A DNA stretch of 64,000 nucleotides from Bacteroidales bacterium (GTDB taxonomy: Bacteria; Bacteroidota; Bacteroidia; Bacteroidales; PUMT01). Shown piece after piece: positions 57,760 to 64,000 of the stretch. Positions within the stretch are counted from its first letter, which is position 1. Every line of letters begins with the position of its first letter. The notes under the pieces were generated by a model. That model did no database searches. It saw only the letters and a list, made by a program, of their open reading frames with translations, and had not been told where the DNA came from. The stretch covers positions 24,741 to 88,740 of the forward strand of contig SLOE01000047.1 in NCBI GenBank assembly GCA_007132715.1. Reading direction: 5' to 3'. Made by a program: the position numbers and the translations under genes.

Positions 57760-59919
57760 TTAGTCCTCCTGGTGGTCCTTAACCATCTCTATCAGTTCTG
57801 GCAGGTCCATCCCCAGCTTTTTAAGGTGCTCTATCTTCGGAACACCGTTCTTTGTCCATCCCCTTCTCTGGTATACCGCATCTACCAGTTGCTGATAACG
57901 GTCTTCGCGGTATTTCCGGTGGAGGGCTATCTTCTCTTCAGTTGATTTTCCTGCCGGATCAATGTTCATAATCTCCTTGAGCTGCTTGTCATATCTCTCC
58001 TGCCTCGATTCATACTCCTCTACCGTTACCGGTCCGGCAGCCCTGTATGGCTGTGCATCATGCTCCCTTGTGCCAAATCCCCGGCGGAGGTTGAATATCC
58101 GCTGAAAGTTGTAAACCCGCTCCGACTGCCGGATAAGCTCTTCCTTGTCAAAGGGCTTGCCGGTAACCGCCTTGTAAATGGTAACGTAGTTGTCGACATG
58201 CTCAGGCACCTTGGCAGGCTCATCGGCCTCTGCATTGCCCTCGGGCTCAACATCGTTCCACGGAAGCTTGCACAGCCCGACAAGTCCGAACCATGTACGG
58301 AACATCGGGAAGTAGTGCAGCGCCTCTGCCTTGTCCTCGAAAGTGGGTATCTGGTTATTGACCATGTCCATGAATATCAGCCACGCCTCATCGTGCTGCG
58401 GGCCCTTGTTGGTCATAGCGTAACCGCCCTGCTGGGCAAGAGATTCCTTCGACATGTACTGGGAGTATTCAAGCCCCTTGTTCTCCATTGCAATATCCTG
58501 GAGGAAGGCAGCATCGCCCCATCCTTCATTGGCGAACAACTCCTTCATCTTCCGCACTCCAAGCCCGGCAATATTGCCGAAACCTTCGCCCCTCGCAAGC
58601 ATGTGAAGCAGTTCCATGGCCGAGTCGGCATTGCCGAAGTTCAGTTTCAGTCCCCCTGTCCTCTCGTCATTAAGTATGCCGCTCTCATAGCAGTCCATTA
58701 CAAACCCTACCACGGTGCCCCATGTGATGGTGCATATGCCGTATGTGTCGCAGTAGAAGTTGGCCTCCAGGGTAAAATCGGGATTAAAGATGCCCAGGTT
58801 GGATCCCAGTGAAGCAGCCGTTTCATATTCGGGTCCGTCAACTATCACCTTCTCTCCCTTATAGGGACCTGTACGCAGTTCGTAGTTATCAACTCCCTTT
58901 GCGCACGACATGTTGCAACCGATCCAGCAACCGTCGGGTACTCCCTGGGTGAAGAGCGACTTGTACACGTCTGAGTGAATATTGCCCGCGTCGGGGTGTG
59001 AGCCGAACTTGAAATTGTTTACCGGTATCAGGTCATAATCGTTCATTACATTTGTCAGGTGAGCTGTACCCTTGGTGCGCATCTCGGCCTGCTCGTCGTC
59101 AAAGCGGCGCATCTCCTCATTAAAGCGCTTACCCCGTTCGCGTATCGCCGCCAGGTCAACCACGTTATTGGCATTGCCCTTGATCCCCCCGACTTTTGCA
59201 ACAATTGCTTTTACACGCTTATCGCGGAAAACAGTGCCGATACCTCCGCGTCCTGCCTGCTTCAGCCTGATCTTTTTTCTCTTGGGGTCATAAAAGGTGA
59301 AGTTGAGCATGCCGATGAGAGAATGATCTGCCGCAGCTCCGGTCGATACGATGCCTATGTTTTTCTTGTCCCTCTCATCGTCGGCAAACATCTCGGTAAG
59401 CTGCTCAGTTATTACATGGGAATCCAGGGCCTCTTTCGGGGCCTCGAATATCTCCACCCTGCCTTTTACCCCGTCGATGTAAATAATAACGTCATTTTCA
59501 GCCTTTCCCTGCAGCTCGAAGGCATCGAAGCCCGAAAATTTCAGGAAGGGGCCGAAGAAGCCGCCTACATTGCTGTCCATTACCGAGCCGGTCTGCGGCG
59601 ACAGTGACACCACGAGCGATTTGCCCGCACCCGAATACTGTGTGATCCCGCAGATCGGGCCGCCGCTTATTATGATCTCGTTCTCCGGGTCGTTCCATCT
59701 GGTTTCGGGGGTGGTGGCATCCCATAAAAGCTTCAGTCCGTATCCCCTGCCGCCGACAAATTTCTCCTTCATAAGCGGGTCCACATCCTTTTCCTTTATC
59801 TCGTTACCGCTCAGGTTCACATACAGGATCTTGTCGGTATAGCCCCTGTCAACGGGCGTTATCCTGTAATCATATCCTGCAAGCAGCTTGTGGCTTTGTT
59901 TCAGTTCCTGAACATCCAT
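57760..59919 (-). CDS. aor: Aldehyde:ferredoxin oxidoreductase family tungstopterin enzyme, long form (~719 aa)
   Basis: AOR blocks are YVNLSGNEIKEKDV...FVGGRGYG, AGRGGIGTVFRDKRVKAIV, DGPEYETAASLGSNLG and GLVGLCKLPW. The start is set at ATG 59919. The track's TTG at 60015 would add a QT-rich low-complexity extension. Confidence 0.88.
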   Translation of the reverse strand: MDVQELKQSHKLLAGYDYRITPVDRGYTDKILYVNLSGNEIKEKDVDPLMKEKFVGGRGYGLKLLWDATTPETRWNDPENEIIISGGPICGITQYSGAGKSLVVSLSPQTGSVMDSNVGGFFGPFLKFSGFDAFELQGKAENDVIIYIDGVKGRVEIFEAPKEALDSHVITEQLTEMFADDERDKKNIGIVSTGAAADHSLIGMLNFTFYDPKRKKIRLKQAGRGGIGTVFRDKRVKAIVAKVGGIKGNANNVVDLAAIRERGKRFNEEMRRFDDEQAEMRTKGTAHLTNVMNDYDLIPVNNFKFGSHPDAGNIHSDVYKSLFTQGVPDGCWIGCNMSCAKGVDNYELRTGPYKGEKVIVDGPEYETAASLGSNLGIFNPDFTLEANFYCDTYGICTITWGTVVGFVMDCYESGILNDERTGGLKLNFGNADSAMELLHMLARGEGFGNIAGLGVRKMKELFANEGWGDAAFLQDIAMENKGLEYSQYMSKESLAQQGGYAMTNKGPQHDEAWLIFMDMVNNQIPTFEDKAEALHYFPMFRTWFGLVGLCKLPWNDVEPEGNAEADEPAKVPEHVDNYVTIYKAVTGKPFDKEELIRQSERVYNFQRIFNLRRGFGTREHDAQPYRAAGPVTVEEYESRQERYDKQLKEIMNIDPAGKSTEEKIALHRKYREDRYQQLVDAVYQRRGWTKNGVPKIEHLKKLGMDLPELIEMVKDHQED

Positions 59920-60095
59920 ACCGGTTGGTTTTTGAGTTTGAACTTGGTTTGGGTTTTTACTGGTTTGTGTTTCATTTTGGATTGCTAAAATTAGATCAAT
60001 GGCCTTAGCTTTCAAATGACTATTATCATACCCCTACCAGTCACTCTGGCATCAATTTTTTATGCCTTCATGTTAGGGTTGTTCGAGGTAATTGT

Positions 60096-60103
60096 TATTT
60101 TTG
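60096..60103 (+). promoter_or_regulatory. -7 box TATTTTTG upstream of thiF-like gene
   Basis: TAnnTTTG match about 50 nt upstream of ATG 60155. Confidence 0.3.
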
Positions 60104-60154
60104 AAACGGGCATGTAAAATACAAAATACGGCTGACAACGTCATAATATAATAC

Positions 60155-60748
60155 ATGCAAATGCAGAAAAAATCTTTTGAAGAGATCAGAACAATCCTTG
60201 CCTGCAAAACAGTGGGCATTGCAGGTGCCGGCGGACTGGGTTCCAACTGTGCCGTAGCGCTTGCCAGGGTGGGGATGGGACGTATCATAACGGCTGATTT
60301 TGATACAGTAAGCGAAAGCAACCTTAACCGGCAATACTTCTTCAAAGACCAGGTGGGGATGAAGAAGGTCCTCGCCCTGAAGGAGAACATCGCAAGGATA
60401 AATCCTGAAGTCATGGTTGAGGCTTTTGACATAAAGCTGGATCCGCTTAATATTCCGCAGATTTTTGGTGATTGCGACGTGATTGTCGAGGCCTTCGATC
60501 TGGCCGCCATGAAGCTGATGATCGCCGAAACGGTGCTGGAAAGGATGCCCGGCAGGATACTTGTTATGGGCAGTGGCGTTGCAGGATACGGCAACAACGA
60601 TGCAATAAAAACCGTTAAATCAGGAAACATTTTTATTTGCGGCGACCAGGAGAATGAGACCGGCGAAAACCTGCCGCCGCTCGCCCCCAGAGTGGGTATT
60701 GTGGCCGGTATGCAAGCCAACCTGGTCATGGAGATCCTGCTGGGATAA
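60155..60748 (+). CDS. thiF: Short ThiF/MoeB/HesA-family E1-like adenylyltransferase
   Basis: 197 aa with the nucleotide-binding loop GIAGAGGLGSNCAVALARVG, DFDTVSESNLNRQ and AFD. Confidence 0.8.
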   Translation: MQMQKKSFEEIRTILACKTVGIAGAGGLGSNCAVALARVGMGRIITADFDTVSESNLNRQYFFKDQVGMKKVLALKENIARINPEVMVEAFDIKLDPLNIPQIFGDCDVIVEAFDLAAMKLMIAETVLERMPGRILVMGSGVAGYGNNDAIKTVKSGNIFICGDQENETGENLPPLAPRVGIVAGMQANLVMEILLG

Positions 60749-60789
60749 CCCGGGGGAGATGGGAAAAAACATAATAAAAGCTTTAAGTC

Positions 60790-60993
60790 ATGCAAATTAC
60801 GCTCAATAACAGGAAAGAGGAGTTTGACAGGAGTACAATGACGGTACGCGAGCTGCTGGATGAGAAGAATTTCACATTCAAGATGCTCGTCGTAAAGATA
60901 AACGGCCAGCTCGTCAGAAAAGAGGATTACGAAAAGGCTGTTATAAGCGAGGGCGATGATGTAAGCGTAATTCACCTGATATCGGGAGGCTGA
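60790..60993 (+). CDS. thiS: ThiS/MoaD-family sulfur-carrier protein ending in GG
   Basis: 67 aa, MQITLNNR...VKINGQLVRKEDYEKAVISEGDDVSVIHLISGG. Confidence 0.8.
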   Translation: MQITLNNRKEEFDRSTMTVRELLDEKNFTFKMLVVKINGQLVRKEDYEKAVISEGDDVSVIHLISGG

Positions 60994-60996
60994 CCG

Positions 60997-61389
60997 GTCC
61001 ATACACCTGATGACCTGGGGGGCATGATCATCAGGGTACCCAATGTGCCTGTTTTCGTAAGGGTCTGGCAGGAGCTTGGAGCCAAACCCACACCAATGAC
61101 CTTCTCGGAGGTGTTCACAGCTCTTCAGCAGGGAACGGTCGATGCACAGGAAAATCCTTTCGCACTTATATACAGCGCCGGGTTCCATGAGGTGCAGAGA
61201 TACCTGAACCTTACCGGGCACGTTACCGGTTGGACCTATGTGGTAATAGGGGAGGCACAGTTCAGGAAGCTTCCCTTCGACCTAAGGAATAAGGTGCTTG
61301 AAGCAGGCAGGCTTATGCAGATCTATCATGAGCGGGAATTTGAAAAACAGGAGGAGTTCCTCAGGAAGGAACAGGAACAGCGCATATAA
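60997..61389 (+). pseudogene. C-terminal remnant of a TRAP transporter solute-binding protein (dctP-like)
   Basis: The frame opens immediately after, and in frame with, the thiS stop. PVHTPDDLGGMIIRVPNVPVFVRVWQELGAKPTPMTFSEVFTALQQGTVDAQENP... matches the C-terminal third of DctP. The N-terminal two-thirds are absent. Confidence 0.75.
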
Positions 61390-61391
61390 TA

Positions 61392-61631
61392 TACAGACTT
61401 TTCAGAGCGGGGGCGGTTATCAGCCTGGTTTCTATGATCACGGTGGTTGCCGTGCAGGTTTTCTCCAGGTCATTTCTGGAAACAACACCCCACTGGACAG
61501 AGGAAGCGGCAAGGATATTTTTCATATACTCGGTGGGTTTCGGAACAGCTATCGGCGTAAAAAGAGGAGACTTTATACATCTCGACCTGATTGGCAAATA
61601 CCTCTCCCTGAAAGCCGGCCGGGTTCTTCAC
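61392..61631 (+). pseudogene. Remnant of TRAP small permease (dctQ-like)
   Basis: ...VISLVSMITVVAVQVFSRSFLETTPHWTEEAARIFFIYSVGFGTAIGVKRGDFIHLDL matches the N-terminal half of DctQ. The frame then degenerates. Confidence 0.6.
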
Positions 61632-61929
61632 CCCCACCGAAGCCTCGGTGGGGGCAGTTCTGTATGCGCTTTTAATAGGTTTGCTTGTTTACCGTACACT
61701 TTCGTGGAAGAGCATAACAGGGGTTATGACCAACTCGGCTGGAACCACCGCGTCGCTGATGGTACTGGTGGGATTTACCAACCTTTTCGGATGGATACTG
61801 GTAAGCGAGCAGGTGCCCCAGTCGCTGGCGGAATGGCTGCTCACCATTACCGGCATCAAATATCTGCTCCTGCTGCTGGTTACATATATCCCTTCACTGT
61901 CGCTGTTCCTTCCCGGACTGGCTGAATAA
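61612..61929 (+). pseudogene. Remnant of TRAP large permease (dctM-like)
   Basis: GFFTPTEASVGAVLYALLIGLLVYR...VPQSLAEWLL...TYIPSLSLFLPGLAE covers only about 100 of the roughly 425 residues expected. It includes the conserved FTPTEA block and the extreme C-terminus. Confidence 0.65.
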
Positions 61930-62068
61930 GAACGGGAGAGACCCCCGGGTTTCAACAATTATACCCGGAATTTGTTATAGCTTCAGGGCACCGGCATATT
62001 AATACAGGCGGACGAACTTTCCTGTTAGGTAATTATTATTATTTGTTAAGTTGAAACATTAATCTATT

Positions 62069-63700
62069 ATGCAGCAACAACTATATTCCGTTCCCGAAGC
62101 AGTCAACGAAACCCCAAATACGTATGCACCGGGAACACCCGAAAGAGAAGAACTTCAGAAAGAGATTGCGGGGGCAAGGTCAGGCATGGCAGATATCCCC
62201 ATGTTCATAGGCGGCAGGGAGATAAGAACTGGTAAAAAAGTTGCCATGCATCCACCGCATGACCTTTCACATACACTGGGTCATTACCATCAGGGTGATG
62301 CAGAACATGTATCAATGGCCATTGACGAGGCCCTCAAGGCGCGAAGGGCCTGGGCGAAGATGCCCTGGAGGGAGAGAGCCGCCATTTTTCTGAAGGCAGC
62401 CGCACTCATCTCAGGACCATACCGCTCAAAGATCAATGCCGCAACCATGCTTGGGCAATCCAAAACAGTATACCAGAGCGAGATTGATGCCGTATGTGAG
62501 CTCGCTGATTTTTTGAGGTACAATGTGCAGTACATGACACAGATTTTCACGCACCAGCCAAAATCAACACCCGAGGCCTGGAACCGCATAGAACAGCGTC
62601 CGCTGGAGGGTTTCGTTTTCGCTCTCAGCCCTTTCAACTTTACCGCCATAGCTGGCAACCTTCCAACAGCACCGGCAATGATGGGCAACGTGGTTGTGTG
62701 GAAACCGGCAAACACACAGATCTATTCGGCAAATGTCATTATGGAGGTGCTTCGTGAGGCCGGACTGCCTGACGGTGTTATCAATATGGTATTTGTCAGC
62801 GGTCCCGTTGCCGGCGACCTTATATTCTCACACAGGGATTTCGCAGGCATCCACTTTACGGGATCAACTGAAGTATTCAGGGAAATATGGAAAACCACCG
62901 GTAATAATATAGCCAGTTACCGGTCATATCCCCGCATCGTCGGGGAGACAGGGGGCAAGGATTTTGTGCTGGCCCATGCTTCGGCAAAACCCACCCAGGT
63001 TGCAACTGCCCTGTCACGCGGGGCGTTTGAATATCAGGGACAAAAATGTTCAGCTGCCTCAAGGGCCTATATCTCCAGGTCAATATGGGAGGATGTCAGG
63101 AAGCTGATGCTTGACCAGATCAGTTCATTCAGCATCGGTGGTCCCGAGGATTTCAGCAATTTCTTTACCGCCGTTATTGACGAAAAAGCCTTCAGCAAAC
63201 TTACCCGGGTAATTGATAAAGTGAAAAAAGACGATTCGGTCACTATCATATCCGGAGGCGGCTACGACAAGTCAAAGGGGTATTTCATAGAGCCTACCGT
63301 CATACTCACGCCCGATCCCTGCTATTTCACGATGATTCATGAGCTTTTCGGACCAATACTGACCATTTACGTTTTTGAAGACGAAAAATATGAAGAGACC
63401 CTTGACCTGATAGACCGGACAAGCCTTTACGGTCTGACGGGGGCGGTTTTTGCCAGAGACAGGCATGCCGTAAACCAGGCCACCAGCAGGCTTGCAAATG
63501 CTGCCGGCAACTTCTACATAAATGACAAGCCGACCGGTGCTGTTGTCGGGCACCAGCCATTCGGAGGCTCCAGGGCATCAGGAACGAATGACAAAGCGGG
63601 ATCCATTCTTAATCTCCATCGCTGGGTATCGCCCCGCACAATAAAAGAAACGTTCCTTCCGCCTGAAGATTACAGGTACCCCCACCAGGGTACCCTTTAA
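62069..63700 (+). CDS. pruA: L-glutamate gamma-semialdehyde (1-pyrroline-5-carboxylate) dehydrogenase
   Basis: 543 aa of the aldehyde dehydrogenase superfamily, with VVWKPA, ETGGKD and the catalytic QGQKCSAASR. Confidence 0.92.
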   Translation: MQQQLYSVPEAVNETPNTYAPGTPEREELQKEIAGARSGMADIPMFIGGREIRTGKKVAMHPPHDLSHTLGHYHQGDAEHVSMAIDEALKARRAWAKMPWRERAAIFLKAAALISGPYRSKINAATMLGQSKTVYQSEIDAVCELADFLRYNVQYMTQIFTHQPKSTPEAWNRIEQRPLEGFVFALSPFNFTAIAGNLPTAPAMMGNVVVWKPANTQIYSANVIMEVLREAGLPDGVINMVFVSGPVAGDLIFSHRDFAGIHFTGSTEVFREIWKTTGNNIASYRSYPRIVGETGGKDFVLAHASAKPTQVATALSRGAFEYQGQKCSAASRAYISRSIWEDVRKLMLDQISSFSIGGPEDFSNFFTAVIDEKAFSKLTRVIDKVKKDDSVTIISGGGYDKSKGYFIEPTVILTPDPCYFTMIHELFGPILTIYVFEDEKYEETLDLIDRTSLYGLTGAVFARDRHAVNQATSRLANAAGNFYINDKPTGAVVGHQPFGGSRASGTNDKAGSILNLHRWVSPRTIKETFLPPEDYRYPHQGTL

Positions 63701-63753
63701 CTGGTTGTTAAACCTATGTTTATAAATAAGGGGTAGTAAATCCAGGGTTATGC

Positions 63754-63772
63754 TATTTTTGTTATATTTTTG
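63754..63772 (+). promoter_or_regulatory. Two overlapping-phase -7 boxes (TATTTTTG twice)
   Basis: At 63754-63761 and 63765-63772. The second is 30 nt upstream of ATG 63803. Confidence 0.35.
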
Positions 63773-63802
63773 CCATGGCCGGCATTCTTAAAAAGACCCA
63801 CC

Positions 63803-64000
63803 ATGCAAACCCGAAGGAAAATATACCGGATACTGAGAAACAAGTACATTCTCAGCCTCGTGCTTTTTTCCCTCTGGTTGTTCTTTTTTGACCAGAACAA
63901 TCTGGTTAACAGGTTTCAGGAGATGAGGCGGATTAATCAGCTGGAGGCCGACAAAGGGTATTTCAGGGAGAGAATAAGTGCTGATTCAGCAAGACTTAAT
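63803..64000 (+). CDS. Septum formation initiator (FtsB/DivIC-like) protein, 5' part only
   Basis: Hand translation gives MQTRRKIYRILRNKYILSLVLFSLWLFFFDQNNLVNRFQEMRRINQLEADKGYFRERISADSARLN, which is a basic N-terminus, one TM helix, then a coiled coil. The frame is open to the window end. Confidence 0.5.
   Translation, partial: MQTRRKIYRILRNKYILSLVLFSLWLFFFDQNNLVNRFQEMRRINQLEADKGYFRERISADSARLN

Noticed and set aside
59920-60015. TTG-initiated 32-codon N-terminal extension of the AOR ORF
   Set aside because: The extension (..QNETQTSKNPNQVQTQKPTG) is just the in-frame reading of an A/C-rich leader. The ATG at 59919 precedes the conserved AOR N-terminus. It is kept only as an alternative in the finding.
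60073-61221. 382-aa ORF on the minus strand spanning thiF, thiS and the dctP remnant
   Set aside because: The translation is low-complexity, Ser/Leu/Pro-rich and matches no family. It lies antisense to three plus-strand pieces that each have clear family signatures, so it is an antisense shadow ORF.
63775-63948. ATG at 63775 opening a ~57-codon ORF
   Set aside because: The ATG is only 3 nt after the -7 box, so it would lie upstream of the transcription start site. The frame starting at 63803 gives a typical FtsB-like TM plus coiled-coil protein.

Overview
This 64-kb chromosomal segment reads as Bacteroidota. Supporting signs are a T9SS C-terminal sorting domain, a SusC-like TonB-dependent receptor followed by DUF4249, a type III glutamine synthetase, recurrent TAnnTTTG -7 promoter boxes and no Shine-Dalgarno sequences. 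I support about 50 protein genes, one tRNA-Phe(GAA) and three pseudogene fragments. I saw no rRNA, CRISPR array, transposase, integrase or recognisable defence or toxin genes. Most of the window is housekeeping: gcvP, pcm, sucC, pnp-rpsO, pyrF, prfA, a purM-like gene, glnN, gpmI and pruA. The less ordinary content is as follows. (1) A strand-coherent block of about 10 kb (50111-59919, minus strand) next to tRNA-Phe encodes a long-form aldehyde:ferredoxin oxidoreductase (AOR), an archaeal-type WtpABC tungstate transporter, and mobB-like, moeA, moaA, moaC and MOSC::MogA genes. It also contains an unexpected lipoprotein-type, apparently degenerate pyrophosphatase-fold gene that is translationally coupled to moaC. 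(2) A divergent thiF/thiS-like pair runs straight into a heavily eroded TRAP transporter relic (dctP/Q/M fragments). (3) A five-gene outer-membrane cluster of unknown function (DUF3267, TonB receptor, DUF4249, MG2/Plug-like protein, hypothetical protein) is preceded by an orphan terminator-like structured element. (4) A speA-speB-deoxyhypusine-synthase-like polyamine operon lies divergent from a GNAT::nitrilase fusion that overlaps a purM-like gene. (5) There is a 1146-aa PA14/FN3/TIM-barrel T9SS cargo protein. (6) A roughly 100-nt polypyrimidine tract with a duplicated C7 motif lies upstream of glnN. All function calls come from reading the translated ORFs by eye. No searches were run, and coordinates of non-CDS features may be off by 1-2 nt.
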